Origin: Kofleriaceae bacterium
GTDB taxonomy: Bacteria > Myxococcota_A > Polyangia > Haliangiales > Haliangiaceae
Direction of reading: 5' to 3'
NCBI GenBank assembly: GCA_965215005.1
Contig: CBDCCZ010000008.1
Coordinates: 1 to 11,820 of the forward strand
Length of the DNA stretch: 11,820 nt
The position numbers and the translations under genes were made by a program. The notes beneath the pieces were generated by a model. It was not told the origin of the DNA, did no database searches, and worked only from the letters and a program-made list of their open reading frames with translations. Shown one piece after another: positions 1 through 7,422 of this stretch. The first letter of the stretch is position 1, and the number at the start of each line of letters is the position of its first letter.

Positions 1-424
1 ACATTTTCAGCCGGCATGGGTGCGGTCTTCACCACCGAGGAGGGCATTCGTCGCCTCGCCAAGGAGATGAGCCTGCCCAAAGAAGTGGCCGGATATCTGG
101 CCAACACGGCGGGTGGCGCAAAGGACGAGATCATTCGTATCGTCGCCGGCGAGGTGCGTGAGTTTCTCCAAACGGTGAACCTCTCCGACGAGATCGCGAA
201 GATGCTCACCACGCTCTCGTTTGAGGTGAAGACCGAGATTCGCTTCATCCCGAACGAGGAAAAAATATGCCGGCGTGAGCCCCGACGTGAAAGCGCGGGT
301 TCGAATCAAGAAGCAGGAAGAGAAAGAGCGTCGGCGGCGCCGGCGTCGGCGGCGCGGCGGCGTGCCCGAAGGCGAGGGTAGCGGCGAGGGCACCGGCGAG
401 GGCAGCGGCGAAGGTGACCCATAG
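1..424 (+). CDS. Hypothetical protein, 5'-truncated, with an apparent +1 frameshift in the A6 run at 260-265; Arg9 and (GEG[S/T/D])x4 tail
   Basis: Frame 1 is open from base 1 (TFSAGMGAVFTTEEGIRRLAKEMSLPKEVAGYL...EVKTEIRFIPNEEK) with GC3-rich codons. Removing one A at 260-265 continues it as YAGVSPDVKARVRIKKQEEKERRRRRRRRRGGVPEGEGSGEGTGEGSGEGDP to TAG at 422-424, 18 nt from the convergent DUF192 stop. From memory it resembles a myxobacterial conserved hypothetical family (unverified). Confidence 0.75.
371..418 (+). repeat. Coding 12-bp tandem repeat, 4 copies (GEGS/GEGT/GEGS/GEGD)
   Basis: ggcgagggtagc ggcgagggcacc ggcgagggcagc ggcgaaggtgac read directly at 371-418. Confidence 0.9.
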
Positions 425-442
425 GGGGCGCGAGCGGCAGAC

Positions 443-914
443 TCACTTCGCGTTGGCGAGGCGCACGTTGTCGAACTCGACGCGGGTGCCTTCGGTGACG
501 CCATGCTCGGCGGCCCATCCCGCATTGACCTCGACGACGTAATGCGCCGGCCGGATCGAGCGGTAGTTCCCGTCGGTGAGCGGCGTGGTGTCGGCCGCGA
601 CGTTGACGACGCGCAGCTCGCTATCGATGAAGATCATGTCGAGAGGGATATAGGTGTTGCGCATCCAAAACGACTGGATCTCCTCCCGCGGCATGAGAAA
701 GAGCATGCCGCGGTCGGGCTCGAGATGTTTGCGATACATGAGCCCGCGCCGGGTTTCCTTCGCGCGTCTGCACGATCTCGACCCGCACCTGTGCCGTTCC
801 TCGTTCGGTCGCGAACGTCACCGTCGGCGGGCGCCAAACCGCCGGCTCTGCCTTGCCGCAGCTAGAAACCAACAGCATTGCGAAGGCCACGGTCCCTAAT
901 AACGTCTCGCCCAT
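443..914 (-). CDS. DUF192 family protein, probable lipoprotein; apparent +1 frameshift at about 757-760
   Basis: The C-terminal ORF has DUF192 motifs (GLMYR, GMLF, SFWMRNTYIPLDMIFID, YVVEVNAG). ORF 621..920 supplies a signal peptide with a lipobox-like LLVSS-C and VRVEIVQT. Deleting one base in minus-strand GAAGGAAACC joins them as EIVQTREETRRGLMYR. ATG at 914-912. Confidence 0.9.
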
Positions 915-920
915 TGCCAA

Positions 921-926
921 ACGATA
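921..926 (-). promoter_or_regulatory. Putative -10 element (TATCGT) 6 nt before the DUF192 ATG, leaderless geometry
   Basis: Minus strand reads gctt-TATCGT-ttggca-ATG with no Shine-Dalgarno sequence. Confidence 0.5.
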
Positions 927-971
927 AAGCGCGCGTTTGGGCGCAGCAAGCCGCGGACGTGCATCGTGCCT

Positions 972-1400
972 TCAGGGCTTGACGCTGGCAACGGCGACGC
1001 CACCGGAGAGCAGCACCACCCGCTGCACGCAGCTACCTTCGGCGGCTTCGAGGACCGGCTCGACGTTGACGTGAAACCGATCGCTCACGAGCGGCGGGTC
1101 GAACTGCAATCCGCGCGAGGTGGCGCCGTGCAGGTGAACCAGGCGCTGGCCATTGCCGCCATCGACGCGGACATCGACCGCGCCGGTGGCGGGGGAGGCC
1201 GGCGACATGAGAACCCGAATCTCGTCGACCGAGTGCCGCCCCGGCAACACCAGGGTCTCGATGGCGGCTGGCACACACGCTGGCTCCGGCCGCCCCGGTC
1301 GCGGCTCGAGCCATGGAGCCGCGGCGCCAGCGGTAGCGAACGCAGTGAGCGCTACGGTGGTAGCCAACAGGAGCCGATGCGCGCGCGACGGAATCATCAT
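972..1400 (-). CDS. Hypothetical exported protein, about 142 aa
   Basis: A start at ATG 1400 or 1397 gives a Sec-like signal (MIPSRAHRLLLATTVALTAFATAGAAA). The mature part has alternating beta-strand patterns and two Cys. It fills the gap between DUF192 and cobA. The start is uncertain because the ORF is open to 1445. Confidence 0.65.
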   Translation of the reverse strand: MMIPSRAHRLLLATTVALTAFATAGAAAPWLEPRPGRPEPACVPAAIETLVLPGRHSVDEIRVLMSPASPATGAVDVRVDGGNGQRLVHLHGATSRGLQFDPPLVSDRFHVNVEPVLEAAEGSCVQRVVLLSGGVAVASVKP

Positions 1401-1581
1401 GAGCTGGAGCCAGTGCTGCAACTGGATAAGCAACTCACGCACCATGATGATCGCAGCGCTAACCTCCCGAGATCCATGCTTGGCAACGGCCGGCGCGGGC
1501 GTTGAGTGGGACTTTGGCCACCGCTGTCGCCACCGGGCTGGGGAGCGGACCGACCAGCGCGCGCGTGGCGCAACCTTCGTA

Positions 1582-1587
1582 TACAGT
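1582..1587 (+). promoter_or_regulatory. Putative -10 element (TACAGT) 6 nt before the cobA/hemD GTG, leaderless geometry
   Basis: cgta-TACAGT-cgcccg-GTG GCT GGT GTG GTC TAT; no Shine-Dalgarno sequence before the homology-supported start. Confidence 0.55.
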
Positions 1588-1593
1588 CGCCCG

Positions 1594-3144
1594 GTGGCTG
1601 GTGTGGTCTATCTCGTCGGCGCTGGACCTGGCGACCCGGCGCTCTTGACGCGGCGCGGTGCGGATCTTTTGCGACGCGCGCAGGCGGTGGTCTACGACGG
1701 CCTTGTAAACGCGGTGCTTCTCGACTTGGCGCCGCCCGATTGTGAGCGCATTTACGCCGGTAAGAAACACGCCGCGGAAGGCACGCCGCCGCTCAGCCAA
1801 GAGGCCATCAATCAAACCCTGGTGCGGCTCGGCTGCGAGGGCAAACGGGTGGTGCGTCTCAAAGGCGGCGACCCCTTCGTATTCGGGCGCGGCGCCGAAG
1901 AATGTCATGCGCTGCTTGCGGCCGGCGTTCGCTTCGAGGTCGTTCCCGGAGTCACCTCGGCGACGGCGGTGGCGGCCTATGCGGGCATTCCGCTCACCGC
2001 CCGGAGCACGGCTTCGACGGTGGTGTTTGCCACCGGCCACGAAGCAGCGGGTAAGCCGAGCTCGCATGTTGACTGGCAGGCACTCGCGCACGCCGGGACC
2101 GTGGTGTTGTTCATGGCGCTCAAGACGATCCGCGAATGCGCCGCGTCGCTGATCGCCGCGGGCAAGCCGGCGGCGACGCCAGCGGCGGCGGTGTACTGGG
2201 GCACCACGGCGTCGCAGCGGACCATCGCGACGCGGCTCGATGCGTTGGCCGATGCGGTTGCCGGTGCAGGGCTGCGACCGCCAGTGCTGATTGTGGTGGG
2301 GGAGGTCGTCGAGCTGCGCGCCGAGCTGGCCTGGTACGAGCGCCGGCCGCTATTTGGTACCCGTGTGCTCATCACCCGCGGCCTCGAGCAGGCGCGCGAA
2401 TTCGCCGGCGCCATGGCTGAGCTCGGTGCTGAGCCGGTGATCGCCCCGGTGACGCGGCTGCAGGGGCCAGATGCCGCCCAAGCTGCGGCGCTCGCTGCCG
2501 CGCTCGATCGGCTCGGGGAGTACCGCTGGGTGCTATTTACCAGCGCCAATGGCGTCGCCCAATTCTTCGATGCGCTGGCAGCGCGAGAGCGCGACGCGCG
2601 TGCGTTGGCGGCGCTGCGTATCGCGTGCGTGGGCGCTGCGACCGCGGCGGCGGCGGCACAACGCGGCGTGCGCGCCGATTTGGTTCCAGCGCGCGGCGAC
2701 GGCGCGGGCGTCGGTGCGGCGATGATTACCGCTGATTCAAATATGCGTGGTGCGCGGGTGTTGTTTCCCCGCGCTGCCGATGGCCGCGATGATGCGGTGG
2801 AGGCGTTGACCGCTGCAGGTGCCGCGGTCGACGTCGTGCCGGTGTATCGCACCGCAGCGACCGAGCGAGACGATCCCCGCATGGGTCATCCGCTGGAGCT
2901 TCTGCACCAGGACGCCATCGATGTCGTCGCGTTCTTCGCACCCTCGCAGGTCGAGGCGCTGTATGTGCTCCTCGGTGAGCGAGCCGCGGCGATTCTCGGC
3001 GGTTGTCGCGTCATCGCCGCCATCGGTCGCAGCACCGCCGCTGCTTGTGAGGCCCGCGGGCTTGCGGTTCATGTCGTGGCCAGCGCACCAAACACGGCCT
3101 CCATGGCGAGCGCTATCGCCGCCTATTTCCAGCGAGATTCCTGA
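1594..3144 (+). CDS. cobA: Fused uroporphyrinogen-III C-methyltransferase / uroporphyrinogen-III synthase (CobA-HemD)
   Basis: SUMT motifs: VYLVGAGPGDPALLT, VYDGLV, RLKGGDPFVFGRGAEE, VVPGVTSA, YAGIPLT. Linker WYERRPLFG. HemD motifs: VLITR, LFTSANGV, CVGAAT, VPVYRT, AAIGRST. Homology begins at GTG 1594. Confidence 0.95.
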   Translation: MAGVVYLVGAGPGDPALLTRRGADLLRRAQAVVYDGLVNAVLLDLAPPDCERIYAGKKHAAEGTPPLSQEAINQTLVRLGCEGKRVVRLKGGDPFVFGRGAEECHALLAAGVRFEVVPGVTSATAVAAYAGIPLTARSTASTVVFATGHEAAGKPSSHVDWQALAHAGTVVLFMALKTIRECAASLIAAGKPAATPAAAVYWGTTASQRTIATRLDALADAVAGAGLRPPVLIVVGEVVELRAELAWYERRPLFGTRVLITRGLEQAREFAGAMAELGAEPVIAPVTRLQGPDAAQAAALAAALDRLGEYRWVLFTSANGVAQFFDALAARERDARALAALRIACVGAATAAAAAQRGVRADLVPARGDGAGVGAAMITADSNMRGARVLFPRAADGRDDAVEALTAAGAAVDVVPVYRTAATERDDPRMGHPLELLHQDAIDVVAFFAPSQVEALYVLLGERAAAILGGCRVIAAIGRSTAAACEARGLAVHVVASAPNTASMASAIAAYFQRDS

Positions 3145-4085
3145 TGCAATACCCCGATTATCGTACCCGCCGTCTGCGTCGCACTTCGGCGCTTCGCCGT
3201 CTCATTCGCGAGACTCGCCCGAGCCGCGAGCAGCTCATTGCGCCGCTGCATATCGTCGCTGAATCGGGTGGCCAGAAAGCTGGCCTCGAGCTCGTCTCTC
3301 CCGAGCATGCAGGAGAGCGAGCGCGTGGGCTCATGGAAGCCGGGGTCGGCACCGTCTATCTCACGAGCGAGGCCAGCCGCAAGGATGCCGTGGGCTCGGA
3401 AGCATGGAGTAAGAAGGCCGCGCTGCATCGCGCGGTGCAGGCCATCAAAGCCGCGTGTCCCCAGCTGGTGGTCATCGCAGAGGTCGCCTTCAGCGGTTAC
3501 ACGACCGCTCGCGTGAGCGGTGTGATGGTCGAGGACCGTCTCGATAACGACGCCACGCTCGAAAACTTGGCGCGTGCGGCAGTGTCTCTCGCTGCCGTCG
3601 GTGTCGACGTGGTCGCCACCTCCAGCACGCTCGATGGCGCTGTCGCGGCGTGTCGCGAGTCGCTCGATGCCGATGACTTCGAAGACGTGGCGCTGCTCGC
3701 CGTGTCTGCGGCCTATGAGTCGGTATTTGCGGGTGCGTCTCGCGAAGCCGATGCGAGCCGCGCCGACCTCGATCCTGCCAACGTTGCCGAGGCAATTCGC
3801 GAAGTCACGTTGGACGTCGCGGAAGGCGCGGACCTGGTTGCCGTCGAGCCTGCGCTAACGTCGCTCGATGTCGTACGGGCGCTGGCCGACGAGGTTGACG
3901 TGCCGGTGGTGGCGATCGTCGGTGCGGGTATGTGGTCGCTGTTCGAGGCGGCTATCGACCGCGATGGCCTCGATCGAGAACGGCTCCTGCTCGAGACCCT
4001 CTCGTGCATGGTCCGAGCCGGTGCGAGCGCGATGGTCACGCCGCATTCCGAGCTTGCTGCACGCGCGTTGAGCATCCGTGAATGA
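3144..4085 (+). CDS. hemB: Porphobilinogen synthase (HemB/ALAD) homologue, predicted catalytically inactive
   Basis: Colinear with PBGS: RRLRR...RETR N-terminal arm, KDAVGSEA, DNDATLENLA, LDGAV, LDPANVAEAIREVTLDVAEGAD, LETLSCMVRAGA. Catalytic motifs are replaced: YSAKY to VSAAY, MVKP to AVEP, metal loop to EVAFSGYTTARVSG. Overlaps the cobA stop (TGATG, 3142-3146). Confidence 0.9.
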   Translation: MQYPDYRTRRLRRTSALRRLIRETRPSREQLIAPLHIVAESGGQKAGLELVSPEHAGERARGLMEAGVGTVYLTSEASRKDAVGSEAWSKKAALHRAVQAIKAACPQLVVIAEVAFSGYTTARVSGVMVEDRLDNDATLENLARAAVSLAAVGVDVVATSSTLDGAVAACRESLDADDFEDVALLAVSAAYESVFAGASREADASRADLDPANVAEAIREVTLDVAEGADLVAVEPALTSLDVVRALADEVDVPVVAIVGAGMWSLFEAAIDRDGLDRERLLLETLSCMVRAGASAMVTPHSELAARALSIRE

Positions 4086-4285
4086 CGCGCGAGCTCGAAT
4101 ACAAGTTCGTCGAGCTATCGATTGTCACCGATGAGACTCTCGAGCGCGCCGCCAACGAATGGGTCGCCGAAGGCTGGCAGCTCGATGGGATTCACTTCGT
4201 CGTCGGGCCGGGCTCACGGCGACCGACGATGGCGTTCATGGCGTTCGTTCGCGAGGCTGCGGCCAATCCCGACGACGCGCACTAG
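4082..4285 (+). CDS. Small DUF4177-like protein, 67 aa
   Basis: The pattern EYKFVEL...LERAANEWVAEGWQL resembles DUF4177 (EYKxV...LNxxGxEGWEL). ATGA overlap with the hemB-like stop at 4082-4085. Confidence 0.75.
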   Translation: MTRELEYKFVELSIVTDETLERAANEWVAEGWQLDGIHFVVGPGSRRPTMAFMAFVREAAANPDDAH

Positions 4286-4317
4286 GGTCCAAGCCGCGCT
4301 TGATGGGTAGACGACTG

Positions 4318-6342
4318 TTATGGGTCCGGGAACGGCGTTAGCTGAAGGGCGTAAGGCACGTCGAGGCCGGGCAGGGCTTGAGTGATAGGCAGATCGTCAT
4401 CGCGACGACGCAGCTCGATGGCAGCGCCGGTTCGCAACGCGATCGGCCGAACGCGATCGCGGCGGCGCTCGCCATCGTCGACGCGCCACTCGATAGGAAC
4501 CACATCGGCACCATCGAGGCGCAGCTGATAGCGGCCAGCGGCGCCGGTGAAGCGAAAGGTATCGATATCCTGGCGGGCATCGAGATAGCCGGTGACCACG
4601 GTGTTGGCGGCGATGGGCGTCGCGTCGGCGCGGCTGGCGTTGGGCTCGGCTTCGAGTCCGGCTGCCGGCTCTGCCAGCTGCACCGTGAGCTGGTAGGCAT
4701 CGCTTACGTTCTCGGTGGGCAACTTGGACCGGCCGCGCGGCGACTCCGTAACCAACACGTAAAGGCGACCTCGTGTCCGCACGTTATGCAGCCACTCGTC
4801 CTGGCCGATGCCGCCTTCGTTGGCGCTGGCCAGCTGCCGACCTAGCGCGTTGAACAACGTGAGCTCGAGGTCGGCGTTGGGCAGAGCCGTGAGATGGACG
4901 CTGGCGAGCTGCATGCCCGCAGCGTCGGGGAGTCGGAGCTCATAGTAGTCGCGGTCGGGTTCGCGTACCGAGATGCGGCGACCGAGGAAGCCGCTCACTG
5001 GAGTAGCAGCGCCAATCAGCGTTGCAGCCGCTGGCTCGTCGTTCGGCTCGACCTCGCGGCTGTGCACGCTGCGCGGTCGCAGCACCAACTGGTAGATGAC
5101 GCTGGCGGCGGCAAGACCGACGACGAGCGGCACGATCGCCATGCGCAGCGTTTGCCGGCGCCGCAGCGACCGTTCATAGGCGTCTAAGTCGCGGCGCTGA
5201 AGCCGAACGCTGGAGTCGATGCCGTAGTCGACCACGTCGCTCGGCAGTCCCCCGTTTGACGTGCGGCGGCGCCCCGCGGCCGACAGACCATGGAGAGTGA
5301 GCGAGGCATCGGAGCCGGCGTGATCCTCCCACAGCCCCTCCAGCGCATCGATGAGCTCGAGTGCGCGCGAGTAGCGCTTGCTGCGGTCTTTGGCCATGGC
5401 TTTGGCGACGATGGCGTCGACGGCAGGAGCGATCCCGAGGTCGGGACGCCGCTGCGAAGGCGGCACCAGCTCCGCGGTCAGGTGCTTGGTGAGCACCCCC
5501 ACCGGGGTCTTGGCGGTGAAGGGATGGTGGCCGGTGAGCAGCCGATACATCACCGCGCCGAGTGAGTATATATCGGTTCGGCGGTCGACGTCCTCGCCGC
5601 GAATCTGCTCGGGCGACATGAAGTACGGGGTGCCGACAATCGAGCCGCGATCGGTAACCTCGGCGGCCTCCTCGCGCTCCGACAGCTTCGCGAGGCCGTA
5701 GTCGAGCACCTTGACGAAATCGCGGCCGCGGTGGGTGCGGGTGACGATGATGTTTTCGGGCTTGAGATCGCGATGGATGACGCCGAGCTCGTGCGCTTCG
5801 GCGAGCGCGGTGCAGATCTGCGCGACGATCGGCGCGGCGCGAGCAAACTTCATCGGGCCGTCGCGCTTGATGAGTGAGCCGAGGTCGGCCCCGCGGACAT
5901 ACTCCATCACCAAATACATCGCGTCGTCGGCAGTGCCAAAGTCGAAGACCTGGACGCTGTTGGGATGGGTGAGACGAGAGATCGCCTCGGCTTCGCGCCG
6001 GAACCGATGAATGACCTCGGGATCGGCGGCGAGCTCGCGGTGGAGGACCTTCATCGCCGCGACCTTGCCCATGCGCTGATGGGTGACTTTGTAGACCACG
6101 CCCATGCCGCCGCGTCCAAGGACCTCGGTGACGCGGTAGCGCTGATCGACGATGCGGCCGAGCCAGGGATCGGGCCCGCTCGTTCGGCGCTCGCGCCCAG
6201 CGTTCCATTCTCCCGTTGCGCCAGAGGTCGAGGCCGCCCGCGTCGTGGCCATGCCCGCGCCACACACGCCGCAAAAATTCGATGCTTGCTCGAACGCGGC
6301 GCTACAGGCGGGGCAGCGATATGTCGGCAGCGGCGTATTCAT
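4318..6342 (-). CDS. Membrane Ser/Thr protein kinase with N-terminal zinc ribbon and C-terminal PPC-like ExEPN[D/A] repeats
   Basis: CPAC-x10-CGVC; LGRGGMGVVY, AAMKVL, HRDLKPEN, DYG, GTPYFMSPE, DIYSLG; TM helix MAIVPLVVGLAAASVIYQLVL; EVEPND...DRDYY and EAEPNA...DIDTF repeats. Start taken as ATG 6342; TTG 6363 is possible. Confidence 0.92.
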   Translation of the reverse strand: MNTPLPTYRCPACSAAFEQASNFCGVCGAGMATTRAASTSGATGEWNAGRERRTSGPDPWLGRIVDQRYRVTEVLGRGGMGVVYKVTHQRMGKVAAMKVLHRELAADPEVIHRFRREAEAISRLTHPNSVQVFDFGTADDAMYLVMEYVRGADLGSLIKRDGPMKFARAAPIVAQICTALAEAHELGVIHRDLKPENIIVTRTHRGRDFVKVLDYGLAKLSEREEAAEVTDRGSIVGTPYFMSPEQIRGEDVDRRTDIYSLGAVMYRLLTGHHPFTAKTPVGVLTKHLTAELVPPSQRRPDLGIAPAVDAIVAKAMAKDRSKRYSRALELIDALEGLWEDHAGSDASLTLHGLSAAGRRRTSNGGLPSDVVDYGIDSSVRLQRRDLDAYERSLRRRQTLRMAIVPLVVGLAAASVIYQLVLRPRSVHSREVEPNDEPAAATLIGAATPVSGFLGRRISVREPDRDYYELRLPDAAGMQLASVHLTALPNADLELTLFNALGRQLASANEGGIGQDEWLHNVRTRGRLYVLVTESPRGRSKLPTENVSDAYQLTVQLAEPAAGLEAEPNASRADATPIAANTVVTGYLDARQDIDTFRFTGAAGRYQLRLDGADVVPIEWRVDDGERRRDRVRPIALRTGAAIELRRRDDDLPITQALPGLDVPYALQLTPFPDP

Positions 6343-6393
6343 CGGCAAGAGCCGGGCGGGCAAGAGTAGCGCGCTCGCGCAAGTTCGGATTCG

Positions 6394-7407
6394 CTACGGT
6401 GCATCGGCGCTGTTGAGCAAGACGCGGCGCCAGGCTGCGCGCCCTCCCTCGATTGTGACGATCAAAGCCGCGGGATCGTTGCTCGACTGCAGGAATGGAT
6501 CATCTTGCACGGCTCCCGCTGCGAGAATGAGAGGTGCGGCCGTGGTCGAGCGGCCGGCGACGGGACCATCGGTGGGGTCGACCATGGCGTGCAGCACCAC
6601 CGCGGGCGCAGCGGCGGCGGTGGCGTCGGCGAGCGCCGGCTCCCCGACGTGAATGTCACCAGGAGCGACGTCGCTGCCGCGCGGCACGTCCTGCCGTGGC
6701 GGAACGTAGGACAGCAGCACCCCGTGGGTGCCCAGAGCCTGGGCGGCGGCGCGTGCGTCCGCTGGGGCATGCACGCAGCCGTGTGCGCCGGCGACGAGGC
6801 GTTCTTCGTAGGCTGCACCGGGAAAGGTGACCAGTCGGGTGTCGCCGGCTTGCAATAGGCGCGTGCGCCCGCCGTCCCAGATGGCGCGGCCGGCGGCCCG
6901 CAGGCCCGCGATCGCGCGACGATGCGCGCCCACGTCCTCGCGATCGCCTGGAATCGCCACGACCGTCCACCGCGGGTCGGTGAGAGTGCCGAGCACCGCG
7001 GCGATGTCTGCTTGCTGCTCGGCGAGCCCGCCGAGGGACACCACGAGGTCGACGTCGGCGGCGACAAACGCTGCCCGCACGTGTTCCAATCGTTGCAGCG
7101 TCTGCGGCGTCGCGCCGCGAGCATCGGCGACGGCGCCGATAACCAGAGAGCGGCCACTGGTATCGAGCATGCGTGGCTCTGGCGTCGCAGGCCAACGCGC
7201 GCAGCGATACGGCTGCGCGATGGTCGCGGCTGAGTCGAGCGCCGCACTCAGCGCCGCTACCAGCGCCGTGGCTGCCGCTCCGGCGCGCGCCTCGGGACGG
7301 TTGTAACGCCACCGCAGCACCAGCACGATTGCCGCGACCAACACTGCCGCTGCGAGTCCCGCTGCAAGTATCCAGCGCCAGCGGCGGCCAGCTCCGCTAC
7401 TCAGCAT
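6394..7407 (-). CDS. Membrane-anchored protein with a degenerate calcineurin-like metallophosphoesterase fold
   Basis: N-terminal TM helix (WILAAGLAAAVLVAAIVLVL). Five motifs in MPE order and spacing: VIGAVADARG, VDLVVSLGGL, VVAIPGDRED, LLSYVPP, VVLHAMVD. ATG lies 15 nt after the corrected LysM gene stop. Confidence 0.7.
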   Translation of the reverse strand: MLSSGAGRRWRWILAAGLAAAVLVAAIVLVLRWRYNRPEARAGAAATALVAALSAALDSAATIAQPYRCARWPATPEPRMLDTSGRSLVIGAVADARGATPQTLQRLEHVRAAFVAADVDLVVSLGGLAEQQADIAAVLGTLTDPRWTVVAIPGDREDVGAHRRAIAGLRAAGRAIWDGGRTRLLQAGDTRLVTFPGAAYEERLVAGAHGCVHAPADARAAAQALGTHGVLLSYVPPRQDVPRGSDVAPGDIHVGEPALADATAAAAPAVVLHAMVDPTDGPVAGRSTTAAPLILAAGAVQDDPFLQSSNDPAALIVTIEGGRAAWRRVLLNSADAP

Positions 7408-7422
7408 CGCGCCGCTGCGCCT

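Noticed and set aside
256..270. Programmed frameshift or phase variation at GAG GAA AAA ATA
   Set aside because: The run is only A6, no stimulatory element was identified, and two similar insertions occur at non-slippery sites, which favours sequencing error.
329..418. Repeats as a CRISPR array or mobile-element end
   Set aside because: They are short in-frame coding repeats without spacers. No cas, transposase or integrase gene is present in the window.
7..525. 172-aa minus-strand Pro/Ser/Arg-rich ORF
   Set aside because: Antisense shadow of the first gene and its repeats; it also overlaps DUF192 out of frame.
1566..1580. TGGCGCAACCTTCG as a sigma54 promoter
   Set aside because: It lacks the conserved GC at the -12 position of GG-N10-GC.
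1153..1593. 147-aa N-terminal extension of CobA-HemD in the ORF track
   Set aside because: It overlaps the opposite-strand exported-protein gene, looks like non-coding translation, and SUMT homology begins only at GTG 1594.
3144..4085. Calling the hemB homologue a decayed pseudogene or an ordinary Mg-type ALAD
   Set aside because: The ORF is intact and coupled at both ends, with changes concentrated at the active site. Mg/K-type enzymes still keep both lysines.
4286..4317. CAAGC-cgc-GCTTG hairpin between convergent genes as a terminator
   Set aside because: A 5-bp stem with a 3-nt loop and no U-tract is too weak to call.
6344..6368. Direct repeat ggcaagag (6344-6351, 6359-6366) and minus-strand TACTCT upstream of the zinc-ribbon kinase
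   Set aside because: Only two 8-bp copies; it could be an internal promoter or operator but cannot be told from chance.
1459..7312. Long alternative ORFs such as 1459..2091, 1977..2882, 5174..6274, 6462..7247 and 6656..7312
   Set aside because: Arg/Ala/Pro/Ser-rich off-frame or antisense products expected in high-GC coding DNA. They show no motifs and lie largely or wholly within better-supported genes.
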